DNA of 63,086 nucleotides, counting the filler, from Octopus bimaculoides (Eukaryota), in the NCBI RefSeq assembly GCF_001194135.2. It is 6 parts of 6 records of this genome, joined end to end, with 100 filler letters (N's around TTAATTAATTAA, not from the genome) between each part and the next. Parts side by side here need not be neighbours in the genome. Positions count along the whole stretch, not along the records: positions 23,142 to 43,880 come from NC_068983.1; positions 43,981 to 53,044 come from NC_068981.1; 4 more parts are not named here. One strand, written 5' to 3'. The notes beneath the pieces were generated by a model. It did no database searches, was not told where the DNA came from, and saw only the letters and a program-made list of their open reading frames with translations. A program made the position numbers and the translations under genes. Shown piece by piece: positions 38,456-51,558 of this stretch (position 1 is the first letter of the stretch; each line of letters begins with the position of its first letter).

Positions 38456-39137
38456 AGTAGTGGTGGTGGTGGTGGTGGTGGTGGCTGCGGTGGTGGTAGT
38501 GGTGGCGCTGGTGGTGCTTGTGGTGCTGGTGGTGCTGATGCTGGTGGCGGTGGTGGTGATGGTGATCGTACGAATACCATAAGCAAGCATATACGGTTAT
38601 AAAGACATTTCCAAAGAAATACATTCAAAAACAAAATACGAAAACAAAACAAAATATAAAACAATGGAAAGAAAGGCAGTGACCAAAAAAAAAAGAAGAA
38701 AAAAAAGAAAAGAAAAGAAAGAGATGACAGAAACGGAACCAAATGGAAGCTGGGGAAGTGTAGAAGGAGTTATAGGATGGGATGCGGGGTGGAATCCATA
38801 CTAACTACTAGAAAAAAGGAATAAGATAAATGAAATACGATTCGCTCATTATGGTAAGTAGAGTAACTACGAACTCCAAACGACAACAACAATAATGGTG
38901 ATAATAAATAAATAAGTAAATAAATATAGAAGTAGATAACTAAATGAATAAATAGATAGCACCAATAACTACGGTATTGAAAAGATCGAACGGGAAGAAA
39001 GCGAGGAAAAGAAGAAATGTTGAAATGGTGGATAATGTGGAAGATTGTGGGAGTACAAAATGACAACGACAACGACTGCAGCGGTAGCAGCGGTAGCAGC
39101 GGCAGCAGCAGCAGCAAGAGGAAATGGAAGAAGAAAT

Positions 39138-39168
<31 letters not shown>

Positions 39169-39175
39169 CAGCAGC

Positions 39176-39228
<53 letters not shown>

Positions 39229-39437
39229 TGATGATAGTAATATAAGGGAGATGATAGGGGGAAATGGAGTAAGGAATGGCAATACAGCGTAAGCACCATA
39301 AAAAGAACCCAAACGGAGAAGAAATAAAGAAATGCCCCTACACCAATATATATATTTATATATATATATGTATGTATGTATGTATGTATATATGCACAGA
39401 TACATAAATGTATATATATGCATATACATGTGTGTAT

Positions 39438-39508
<71 letters not shown>

Positions 39509-39829
39509 AACATATATAAATATATAAATTGATATATATATGTATGCATTAATATATACTATATCATTTATATATAGATATGTATAGCGAGATTGTATGT
39601 GTGTGTGTACGTGTGTATGTGAGTGTACGTGTGAAATATGCACGCACCTTTTCATTGTATAGCCTTGTTTATTGCTAATTTACCATTACAGTGGATAATT
39701 CTTTTAAATTGCCATCGTATATTATAGATGAGCAATGGGGCGATAGAACCATAAAAGAGATGTTAGGATTGGAACTGCTTATGGGATAATTATGTGTGTA
39801 TACGTAGATATGTTCCAGTGTTTGTGTGC

Positions 39830-39934
<105 letters not shown>

Positions 39935-41299
39935 TATATAGATAAATAGAGGTAGATGGAGAGAATAATAATGAAGGGCACTTTGAAAGAGAATATATAT
40001 ACAAGATGTAAAACGAGATATACCGCGATATAAATACGTAGATAGAAGGGGAAAGGTTGGGAAGAACAATTTCTACGTTGATACATACATATACACTCAC
40101 AAACACGTATGTGTGTGTGCTTATGCGTGTACACACACACACACATATACACGCATATTTATGTATATGTGTATATATACAGTAATGTTATTCATTTTCA
40201 TATATGTATACATATGCATAAGTATATGTGTATATATGTATATACAGATGCACATGTATATGTTCATACATGTATGTGTTTGTGTCTGTACACATATGTA
40301 TATATATATATACGCTTTTATATATCATGTATATATATACATATATATGTATATAAAGACCCCTCCATACACCCAACACACATATATACACTTATATTGG
40401 TGAATTTCCGTCATTCGACGATGAGCATTTTGTCGCTCAACCAGTTGAGTTACCAGCTGAGTGGCTGAGTATCTCATAGATTCTCTTATCATTGACGTAA
40501 ATCTGATACGAGACACTCAAAGAAAATCCTGGTAGGCCAGAACAGGCCTCAAATCTGCAACAAACCTGCTTATGACAGAGGACAGAGATCAGCAGCGACT
40601 GTAGACCGTTAGAGCATCGGGAGTGAGACCCGAAGAGTGACAGCGTCGGTGAGGGGAAGATGACGATGCTGCTTAGCTGCAATGTTCCGCCTTGAAGAAA
40701 ACTGACGGAGCCCAAGATGCTCACGACTGGTACAAGGATTGATGTTAGTGTGCAGTGACAGTCTCGTCTTCACTATAGTTTCCATTCTCAAGAAAAATAA
40801 TTGAGCTGAGATGTCAACAAAAACATATCAAAGACGACCTTCCCATTTCAGGATGTTTTCAAGAATAGTATACACCAGATTCTACGATGGACCGGCGTCC
40901 CATTCAGGTGGGGAATATGTACGCCATGGAAACCGGTAAACTGGCCCCATGAGTGTATAAGGCTCGGAAAGGGTTTTCATCCATTATTCTATCCTGTACT
41001 CCAGACTGTACTGTCCAATGTGTCTGTTTTCTAATACAGCTGGATGCAACTTGGGAATGATTTGATTTTTTAACAGATCGAGAGACCACATACGATTTCC
41101 CCACAATGACTCGTTTTGGGATGGAGCGTTGTCATCTATTTTGGCGTGAAATTATGAATAACAGTATTGATTCCTCAAAAAAAATAACCTTAATGGAGAA
41201 TTTCTGCTCATCTTCCATTGGAAACTAGGTACAGACTATGTAGATGATATATCTCTACCCTGTTTTATACGATCGAGATAGGGGCTATATCTTGGAAAT

Positions 41300-41786
41300 C
41301 CGCCGGCCCAATGGTTTCTCTTCATGGCAGAATTAATAGTCAAGACTATTTAAGCATTTTACCTGATCAAATTCATCCTATGGTTGCGGAACTATTTCTG
41401 GAGAGAAACGCAATCCTTCAGGATGGTAATGCACCAATTCACACAGCTAAAGTTGTTACTGAATGGCATACGGAACATTCTAGTGAAGTTGAACATCTTA
41501 TCTGGCCACTACAGTTCGCAGATCTCAATATTATTGAACATTTATGGTGCATTTTAGAAAAACAAGTAAGGAGTCGATATCCTCCACCATCATCACTACA
41601 AGAACTGGAGACTGTTTTAGCTGAAGAATGGACACAAAAATTCCTTTGGAAACAACTCAAACTTTGTACGAGTCCATACCTCGTAGAATTCAAGCTGTAA
41701 TTACTGCCAAAGGCGGTCCTACCCTATATCAGAATAAATTTGTTCGAAATTTTAAGGTGTTTCCATTATTTTGTCCAACCCCTGTA
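41300..41786 (+). pseudogene. Tc1-like (DD34E) transposase 3' remnant with right TIR
   Basis: LQDGNAPIHTAK, LIWP..ADLNIIEHLW; ends ttttgtccaacccctg followed by TA. Confidence 0.85.
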
Positions 41787-42289
41787 TGTATGTACTAACT
41801 GTAGTGGTGATTGGGGGCTTACCTCCACATGAAATCGTAGGACCTCCGTTGTGACATACGGTTTGCCTCGAATACTTTTTAAACCTGGAGCAGCCCGTAA
41901 CCCTCCAGAGCTAAAGACAGTTGATTCTTCCAGAATGAAAAAGAAATAGTTAGAGGTGGGAAACCGCTCCCCAGGATGAAAAGCAAAGTTGACCTCGATG
42001 GAATTAGTATTCAGGATACAAAGACCCAACATGCATACCACAGAGAATTCTTACCGACACACTAATGATTTTGCCGACTCGCCGTCATATAGTAGTGCAT
42101 TACGATGGGACACTGAATACAAATACGTTTTAAATGGATCCTCGCAAAACTGATTCAAGTTATTTTCATTACTAAACCTAATACAGTAATGGATCTCCGC
42201 TATAAACGGCATCCAATCTCGCTTAGATTACATTGCTATCAACTTAAAAATGAAGGAGACAATGTAGAATGTAGTCTTGAATAAATCAT

Positions 42290-42500
42290 ATCCACTCAGC
42301 TGGCAAAAATGAGTAGTACCTCTAATTCAAAAGGCCAGCCTTGTTACATTCCGTGTCACGCTGAATCTCCCTGAGAGCTACATTAAGGGTACTCATGTCT
42401 GTAGAGTGCTCAGCCATTTGCAGGTTAATTTGACGAGTAGGCTGTTCCGTTGATCGGATCAACGGAAACCCCCGTCGTCGTAACTGACGGTGTGCCACTT
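42290..42500 (+). mobile_element. SINE family C, 3' portion
   Basis: Opposite-strand homologue of 16165-16350. Confidence 0.65.
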
Positions 42501-42634
42501 AAATAATATAGTTGTTCACGGTTGAAAAGCCTTTGGTGAGCTCTGAACAAGCAGGACTCGAGCAAAACTTATCTGGTGATAAAAAAAAATGAACAGCAAC
42601 AATAGTTATGTATTAAGTATGCTACATTGTATAT

Positions 42635-42760
42635 ATTGGCTAGAGTGGTGGGCTCACGATCGTAAAACTGCAGGTTCAATTCTTGGTCCGAGTGGTATGT
42701 TGTGTCCTTGAGCAAGGCGCTTTATTTCCTATTGCTCTAGTCTCCTCAAATGCAAATCAG
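42635..42760 (+). mobile_element. tRNA-like SINE head (another family)
   Basis: tggctagagtggt A-box-like, ggttcaattc B-box-like, gtgtccttgagcaag core. Confidence 0.5.
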
Positions 42761-42929
42761 TATCAGCGGACTACTGGAGCGGTTCTTTCTCCCATCAACT
42801 GTCACATCAATTTTCCACTAGCTCAAGGTGACACTATCTGCACGTGACTACAGAGGCACCTAAAATAATTAGCGAAAGCTTGGTACTTGCTACCGACTCA
42901 CACTTGTCTGGGACTGGATCTTTATCTTT

Positions 42930-43300
42930 TACCTTTTACTTGTTTCAATCATTGGACTACGGCTATTCTGGAGCATCACGTTGAAAGGTTTTGTCGAACA
43001 AATCGCCTCAGTGCTTATGTTCTTTCTTTTTTCTTGTGTCATGTTTATTTTATTTTCTCTTTTACCGAATCGACAAGTTACGGGATCGAAAGCAAACTAA
43101 CGCCAGTTGTCGAACGTTGGAGGGGACAAACACAAACACAAAGACGTACATATATATATATACATACATGTATGTATATGTGGGAGTAGATGTGTGCGTG
43201 TGTGTGTGTGTGTGTACCAAATCTACTATCGCGGCTTTGGTCAGCCCGGGTCTGTAGTGGAAGACACTTGCCCAAGGTGCCACGAGGTGGAACTGAATCA
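42930..43300 (-). mobile_element. SINE family A, diverged
   Basis: Tail, body and partial head in reverse complement. Confidence 0.75.
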
Positions 43301-43667
43301 GAGTGATTTAGACAACTACCACAATACATCCACTATCACTAAGATAGCAACTGCAACAACAGCAACAACAATAACGAAACTATCATTCACTACTACCGCT
43401 ACCACTACCACTAAACAGCAACAAAACAACTACCATCACCGTCACATCCACAACTACTGCTCCACCCTGTTGTCCCCATCGTCGCCATATTCCTCCTCCT
43501 CCTCCTCCTACTACTACTACTACTACTATTACTACTACTACTACTACTACTACTACTATTACTACTACTACTACCACTTCTACTACTACAATTACTAATC
43601 AGTAAAGCAACAGTCAAATTTATTGTGCCAGATAATACTGAAGACAAAATACCCTGTTCAACGAAAG

Positions 43668-43743
<76 letters not shown>

Positions 43744-43880
43744 TGTGTTAATAAGTCAATTACACATACTCTGCCTATAATTCTGGGGAAGCACTTTCTC
43801 TTTTATATACATTTTTAAACATTTTTTTCGAACTTGACATCTCAGAATTACAAAATATATCCCACTCATGTTTCGAAATT

Positions 43881-43980
43881 NNNNNNNNNNNNNNNNNNNN
43901 NNNNNNNNNNNNNNNNNNNNNNNNTTAATTAATTAANNNNNNNNNNNNNNNNNNNNNNNNNNNNNNNNNNNNNNNNNNNN
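43881..43980. other. Artificial assembly spacer
   Basis: 44 N + TTAATTAATTAA + 44 N. Confidence 0.9.
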
Positions 43981-44035
43981 AATCACGGTGGTGCACCAGC
44001 ATGACCGCAGCCACTTGGCTGAAACACATAAATAA

Positions 44036-44071
<36 letters not shown>

Positions 44072-44540
44072 ACATGCCTTTAATGTTATAATGCATGTGT
44101 GTACGTGTGCAAATTTGCTTATGCTAGTTTACTTTTCAGAAGTCTTATATTGTAAATGCGAATGCATTAATCGTATATATTGATTTTGTATGTAAGAGAA
44201 AATAAAAGTATTGAGAAATCTGATTCTGATGTTTCTGATAACGTAATTGCATTTATCAATGTGTGTGAGAGCGTCTATTTGCGCGTGCATATTTCAATAA
44301 GATTGTATTCCCACACATCACAATTACAGACGCAAATATATTTTTATGTATAAAAATAGAGATATGCTATAAATATGTGCATATATCGCGCGACGTCATG
44401 CTTTGCTGAATGCTGAAACATATGTAACTGTTGAAATAAAGGAGTACCAAGTTAATACCTACGTTCGTTTTTATTATATTCTTATGAATGCATATATAAT
44501 AACAACAACAGCAACAACAACAACAACGATGATGATGATG

Positions 44541-44599
<59 letters not shown>

Positions 44600-44637
44600 A
44601 ATACTACTACTAATAATAATAATAATAGTAATAATAA

Positions 44638-45330
44638 TATCTACATTGGATAATGTGTCGGCATTATAAAATCAAAACTGCTGACAAATGATACAATCAC
44701 CACCCTAAGGCTGTAACTGAGGGAGAAAGTGTAATTATTCTTTGGGACTTCGCAGTATGTACAGATCGGAACATCACGGCAAATAGACCAGATATTATTG
44801 TGAAATACCAAAAGAATAAAGTATGTTTATTGATTGACATGAGCATACCCTGTGACCATAATATCTTAGCAAAAGAATTTGATAAGCTCAGAAAATATAA
44901 AGATTTGCTAATCGAAATCGAAAAGATGTGACATCTCAAGACGGTTACAATACCAGTGATTGTAGAAGCACTTGGAATGATCAAAAAAGGAACTGAAACT
45001 TATTTAAGAATTATCCCTGGCTTACCATCCATACAGGAAGTGCAAAAGATTGTCTTAACTGGTACGTCACAGGCATTGAGAAGAGCATTGTCACTGTGAA
45101 TTTTCCTTCCTTTTTCCCCTTAATTTTATTTGTTTACTTTTTCATTTCCTTTATTTTTTTCTTTTTCTCTCTGTCTTTGTATTCCTTTTCTCTATCACAT
45201 GACTTTGTAAATGATCAATCTGGTGTGTTTATTTTAATGGCTTACCAATGTATACCGTACGTTTCTCTGCCCTAGGTGTCAGGAAAACACTCGGCAAGAA
45301 ATGGAAACGGAATTGAAAGATGTTAATGAA
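44638..45330 (+). mobile_element. 5'-truncated R4/Dong-like LINE (restriction-like endonuclease domain and 3' UTR) within (TAA)n
   Basis: Single frame 44641-45099: LHWIMCRHY..(W)YNHHP..ILWDF..NRPDIIV..LIDMSIP..K..KY..IPVIVEALG..LRRALSL, with two TGA stops at Trp positions; TAA tracts both sides. Confidence 0.88.
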
Positions 45331-45343
45331 AATAATAATAATG

Positions 45344-45400
<57 letters not shown>

Positions 45401-45402
<2 letters not shown>

Positions 45403-45531
45403 GATGGGCTACAGCAAATAAAGATGGGCTACTGCAAATAAAGTTGGGCTACAGCAAATAAAGATAGGCTACAACAAATAAAGATAGGCTACAGCAAATA
45501 TTCTGCTCAATACCACAGATTTGCTTGTCAG
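45401..45531. repeat. Five tandem 20-mers (AAGATGGGCTACAGCAAATA) leading into a family X fragment
   Basis: Direct reading; matches 1291-1340. Confidence 0.9.
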
Positions 45532-45730
45532 ATTTTGGCACAAGGCCAGCAATTTTAAGGGCAAGGTTTGTTAAGAAAATCCAATTCACTGTTCGAGTGG
45601 TACTTATTTTAGCGACAGCAAAAGGATGAAAGGCAAAGTCGACCTCATCGGAGTTTGAACTCAGACTGTGAAGACGGAAGATATGCTGCTAAATATTTGT
45701 TCAACATGCAGAAGATTCTAGCTGCCTCGC
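45532..45730 (-). mobile_element. SINE family B, diverged
   Basis: ggatgaaaggcaaagtcgacc...tttgaactcag. Confidence 0.7.
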
Positions 45731-45979
45731 TTCTGGATCCAATTAAAGTACAAGACAAGGAATTTTGAGGAAATAAGGTTAGTTGATTACCTGTCTGTAG
45801 TATGTGGCTGGTAGCTTATATATTAGCAACTACAAAAGAATGGAAGACAAAATAGAAAATAAGGACGAAAAATAAATCAAATCTAGAAAATAGAACGAAG
45901 AATAAAACCGTAAAGTAATCTGTCGGCCGGCGCTTTAGCCATGTTGCAAATCCACACTTAATAATAATAATAATAATAA

Positions 45980-46188
45980 TCTTTTCTACTATAGGCACAA
46001 AGCCTGAAATTTGTGGGTATGGAGTAAGTCAACCCCAGTACTTGACTGTTACTTAATTTATCGACCCCGAAAGGATGAAAGGCAAAGTCGACCTTGTTGA
46101 TATTTGAACGCAGAATTTAACGACGTATGAAATACCATTAAGCATTTTGCCCAGCGTGCTAATGATTTTGCCAGCTCGTCGCCTTAGC
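45980..46188 (-). mobile_element. SINE family B, full length with (TTA)n tail
   Basis: Minus strand aaggcgacgagctggcaaaatcattagcacg ... gtgcctatagtagaaaagattatt. Confidence 0.8.
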
Positions 46189-46258
46189 AACCGCAATAAT
46201 AGTAATGATTTCAAATTTTGACTCAAAGCCAGCCATTTCGTGGAAGGGGGTAAGTTGA

Positions 46259-47218
46259 TTACGTCCAACAAGATTTTCAATATCTCGTTGGTAGAAATCA
46301 CCCGATTTCAACTCGAAAAATTGATCCAACCAAGCTCTCAATTCTGCATCAGTATTGAACGAAACTCTGCGCATAGCGGAGATCGAAAGAGGTGGAAATT
46401 CGTTGGTGCCAAACCAGGAGAGTACGGTGGACAGCATTTTCCAGCCTTGTGCTTGAATGGCTTCGTTGGTCATATTGGCGATATTAGGGCGGGCGTTGTC
46501 GTGCAGCAGAAGAACTCCATGCTGCCGATTAGGTCTTTTCTCTTGAATAGCCGTGTTGAATCGTTCCATCTGTTGAACATAAAGTTCCGCGTTGACCGTT
46601 TGGTCCCGTTCAAGCAATTCGTAATGGATAATCCCTTCCCAGTCCCACCATACACACAACATCGTTTTACGTGGATGAAGATCTTGTTTCACGTGCGTAG
46701 TCGCTTGTTTACCGGGGCTAAGCCATTCCTTGTGCTGCTTCATATTGATGTACAGGCACCATTTTTCGTAGCTAGTAACGATTCGGTAAAGAAATCGTTG
46801 CTTGTGTGCATGAGTTGAGCGGTGACGAGCAAGCAAACCAGCGGAGATTGTGGCTCGTTGATTTTTGTTGTTAACACTTAAGGCATGCGGAACCCATGCT
46901 CCATACTTCTGAACCTTTCCCATCGAGTGAAGATGCTTCTCTATAGCAGTGTGGGAGCATTCCATTTTCTCTGCCAGTTCCTTGTCGTTTGACGAGAATT
47001 TTCGCGCAAAAGTTGGTTTAATCGCTCTTCATCGAACTCAACTGGACGGCCAGATGGAGGTGCGTCTTTGAACTTCGCATACCAATCACGAGTGGTACTT
47101 TCAGCTCTCCATACATAGCACAAATGTCGCGAGCAGCTTTTGCCGCCTTAGAACCTTGATTAAAAGCAAAAAGAAAGAGGTGTCGAAAATGCTCGTTTTT
47201 CTTAAATTGACATTCCAT
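46259..47218 (-). pseudogene. Mariner transposase pseudogene
   Basis: MECQFKKNEHFRHLFLFAF.., WVPHAL, VTSYEKW (first D lost), CVWWDWEGIIHYELL, HDNARP, frameshifted PYSPGLAPTN. Confidence 0.92.
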
Positions 47219-48774
47219 TTTAATGATCTGAAAATAAACAAAAGTTAACTAAAATTAACTAGAAAAAAAAAAAAGATTCCAAAATGCTTCAAAAATAGAA
47301 TTCTTGAAAAGAGTAGATTCCAAAATTTAAAAACGCAATAAATTCCAAAATTTANNNNNNNNNNNNNNNNNNNNNNNNNNNNNNNNNNNNNNNNNNNNNN
47401 NNNNNNNNNNNNNNNNNNNNNNNNNNNNNNNNNNNNNNNNNNNNNNNNNNNNNNNNNNNNNNNNNNNNNNNNNNNNNNNNNNNNNNNNNNNNNNNNNNNN
47501 NNNNNNNNNNNNNNNNNNNNNNNNNNNNNNNNNNNNNNNNNNNNNNNNNNNNNNNNNNNNNNNNNNNNNNNNNNNNNNNNNNNNNNNNNNNNNNNNNNNN
47601 NNNNNNNNNNNNNNNNNNNNNNNNNNNNNNNNNNNNNNNNNNNNNNNNNNNNNNNNNNNNNNNNNNNNNNNNNNNNNNNNNNNNNNNNNNNNNNNNNNNN
47701 NNNNNNNNNNNNNNNNNNNNNNNNNNNNNNNNNNNNNNNNNNNNNNNNNNNNNNNNNNNNNNNNNNNNNNNNNNNNNNNNNNNNNNNNNNNNNNNNNNNN
47801 NNNNNNNNNNNNNNNNNNNNNNNNNNNNNNNNNNNNNNNNNNNNNNNNNNNNNNNNNNNNNNNNNNNNNNNNNNNNNNNNNNNNNNNNNNNNNNNNNNNN
47901 NNNNNNNNNNNNNNNNNNNNNNNNNNNNNNNNNNNNNNNNNNNNNNNNNNNNNNNNNNNNNNNNNNNNNNNNNNNNNNNNNNNNNNNNNNNNNNNNNNNN
48001 NNNNNNNNNNNNNNNNNNNNNNNNNNNNNNNNNNNNNNNNNNNNNNNNNNNNNNNNNNNNNNNNNNNNNNNNNNNNNNNNNNNNNNNNNNNNNNNNNNNN
48101 NNNNNNNNNNNNNNNNNNNNNATATATATATCCATACATTCATGCACATATATGAGCGTGTATATCTCAATTCAGTTGTAGGTCTTTCAAAGATTTTGCT
48201 TTTCTGTTGATGTGATAATATGAATGAGCGTCAGTGTGTCATATACGCGCTTGTGTATGTATATAGATATACGTGTATGTATGCACATATGTCTAAGTGT
48301 GTGCATATGCATGTATGTGTGTATGTGAGTGTAAGTGTGTGAATGAGTGTGTGCGCCGGTGTAGAAAGAATGAGCTGCTTTCATTGAAGACGGTGTGTGT
48401 ATAGGACCACCCGCAAAACCTGCCAGTTCCTACCCCCATCCCCTCAACCCGTCCACCACCAACCGTTCATTGTAGACATTGTATGGAAGCCGCTGTCACC
48501 GTACACACAGTCAGTCCGTCATTCATGCCAGCTCTACCGAACACACTTCTCTCATCTTAGCCTCGTCTTCGCTACCCCGCCGCCTACATCTCAGTTTCAA
48601 AGCGTCATTGCCAATGCAAATGTCTCCACCACCAACAAACCAACAAATATTACTTAGCAATACAGTTAACGCCATCGCCTTTAAAACGAAAAGCCTTCCT
48701 TTAAACACCACCAGCAGCACCACCATCATTATCATCATTATCATCATCATTATCATAATCTTTACCATCATTGC

Positions 48775-48817
<43 letters not shown>

Positions 48818-49199
48818 GTCATCGTCATCGTCGTCGTCATCATCATCATCATCATCATCATTATCATCATCACCATCATTAACACCATCATCACCATCAT
48901 CGCCTCGTCATCACCACTACACCCAATATATATATTGGAGGTAGCATGGAGGATATCGTGGCCTCTTGGCAGAAACGGCCGTAAGGAACTGATCTTTTAC
49001 ACTTTTATGTGCTACCAGTACATATGTGTGTAACACACAGTCTTTGCATGTGTATTTATTATAATACTTCCTTATGTTTTAGAATAAATAGACATAATAG
49101 AATGTCTACCGGCTGATGTATCTCATTTTTGTATCCCTTCCATTATATGTATATGTATATATGTATATATATATATGTATATATGTATATATATATATG

Positions 49200-49249
<50 letters not shown>

Positions 49250-49252
<3 letters not shown>

Positions 49253-49473
49253 TTGTGTGTTTGTATGTCTGTGTTTGTCCCCCAACATCGCTTGACAACC
49301 GATGCTGGTGTGTTTACGTCCCCGTAACTTAGCGGTTCGGCAAAAGACACCGATAGAATAAGTACTAGGCTTACAAAGAATAAGTCCTGGGGTCGATTTG
49401 CGCTCGACTAAAGGCGGTGCTCCAGCATAGCCGCAGTCAAAATGACTGAAACAAGTAAAAGAGTAAAAGAGTA
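49250..49473 (+). mobile_element. SINE family A, 3' half
   Basis: Near-consensus body and GTAAAAGA tail. Confidence 0.88.
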
Positions 49474-49530
49474 TATATATATATATATATATTTATAGAT
49501 ACAAACATACATACGTACACACACATATAT

Positions 49531-50705
49531 GGTTGAGTCAAAAGATTTTTGGTATTTCAAGTTTTAATTAATAGTTCAAACTAAATACATACGGAAAACG
49601 TTTATCCATACATTTCATCAGATTCCATCGTCTGTTGTCATCGATTTGCCAGAAACTCAATTCTATGCCTTTACCTATTTGCGTCCGTTTTCATCCTCAT
49701 CAACATTGTTCAAACTCTGTCTGCGCAGGAAATGGGCCATAGCTAAAAAAAAACAAAACATGATAATCTGATGGTGCAAGATTTGTATAGTAGGCATGGT
49801 GAATTTGCACTTCTATACATCGGCAGCGTTCGGGGCGACCAAAGTCGAGTTTCTGTCAAAACAATGTATACTTGCTTCAATAGTTGATTGTAAAGGTTAG
49901 CGTTCACAGCGCTACCGTCTAGGATAAGTTCAAAGTGTAACACCTGGAAATTCCACCATACACACTACATGACTTTCTGTTCAAAGCGCCCTTGCTTGAC
50001 AAGTGGTTCTGAAATCTGGCCGTAGCGAAGCTACTGATTTTTCGTATTAAGATTACGAGAATAGATCCATTTTTCATGCCCAGTTACAATTCGACGACAA
50101 AAATGAGCAACTCGAGGGTTTGCCAATGGTTGTCTGCAAATGTTCACACGTAGTTGAGCCTGGTCATTGGTTAGGTCAAGAAAAGCATCATGACAGCTTT
50201 TGTTTACATGGCCGAGCTTATTCAAGTGTCAATTGAATGTGCTTTCTGAAGGATCAAGTTATTTCGACAATATACGAGTGCTTGTGTTTAGTTGTTGTTC
50301 AGCCATTTCAAGCAAGGCCTTATCTTCCACAATAGAATGCCTGTCTGACCTTGATTTGTCTTCAAGGCTGTTAACATCTACTTTGAAAAGTCTGAACCAC
50401 TCTTGTGTTGCACGTGCGTTGACAGTCCTTGGAGCTCCCACGTCATTAATTTCTTCAGTTGTTCCCCTTGCGCTCAGTCATTTTTTCCACAGGTAGCGTA
50501 AAATGTCTCTAATGGTAATTTTTTCTCACCACTTATCAAAGCTATAGAATACAGAAGAAACAATTAATGTTTATGTTATGTACGTAAATAAGGAAAAACA
50601 ATTCAGCAACGCTTAGACAAGTTGTACTAAATTAATGATATAACATGGAGATAGAAGTTGCCAAAAGTCATTAGTGAGAATCTCGTTAACACTTTTGACT
50701 CAACC
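49531..50705 (-). mobile_element. Decayed full-length mariner with TIRs
   Basis: GGTTGAGTCAAAAG (49531-49544) and its reverse complement (50692-50705); peptides QEWFRLFK..LEDKSRS and RIVTGHEKWI. Confidence 0.8.
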
Positions 50706-50707
50706 TG

Positions 50708-50786
<79 letters not shown>

Positions 50787-51344
50787 ATTATGTATGCATG
50801 TATGTATGAACGTATATATGTCTGATAGCGTGTGTGTGGTGTGTTTTTGTGTGTGTATGTGTGTGAGACCACTCTTATATATTCATCCATTTGGGATTTG
50901 AACCCTGACTTAACAATTATTTGGTGCCTTCAGAGTTTGTTTCAAGTTTGAATATACGTATATTAGTTCATTTTCTGCATTTTGCTTTTAATAAGGATTT
51001 ATTTTTCAAGTTTCTTTTTTGCTGAAATGAATATCGGTGCAGATGTTGCTGTGTGGTAAGAAGCTTCTTTCCGACCACGTTCTTCGGGGTTCAGTCCCAC
51101 TGCTTGGCACTTTCGGTAAGTGTTTTTTTCCACTATAGCCTCGGACTGAACAAATCTTTGTGAGCGGATTTAGTAGACGGAAATTGAAAAGAAGCCTTTC
51201 ACATATCTATAGACGTATTCTCTGCGAATTCTATGTATTAATACATTTTTCTTTTAAATAATGTCGAACATGTATTCTCCATTGAGTCCTCTGATAACAA
51301 GCAATAATCGATGAATGAAAGAGAAATTAAAACTGTATTAAATA

Positions 51345-51558
51345 CTGGTTTCAAATTTTGGCAACAGGCAAGCAATTTGTGGGGAGGGGATAAGTCGATT
51401 ACATTAACACCAGCATTTCACTGATACTTAACTTATCGACTCCCCCGGATGAAAAACAAAGTCGACTTCGGTGAAATCTTGACTCAGAATGTAAAGACGG
51501 ACGAAATGCCGCTAAATATTTCGTCTGGCGTGCTAACGATTCTATCAGCCCGCCGCTT
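51345..51558 (-). mobile_element. SINE family B
   Basis: Matches 45980-46188. Confidence 0.75.

Noticed and set aside
38304-38582. Strong acceptor (ttctaacag) followed by a long hydrophobic frame
   Set aside because: Peptide derives from (GTT)/(GGT) trinucleotide repeats; no donor or homology.
48397-48657. 86-aa Pro/Thr-rich ORF in unique C-rich sequence
   Set aside because: No domain or splice support; within chance length.
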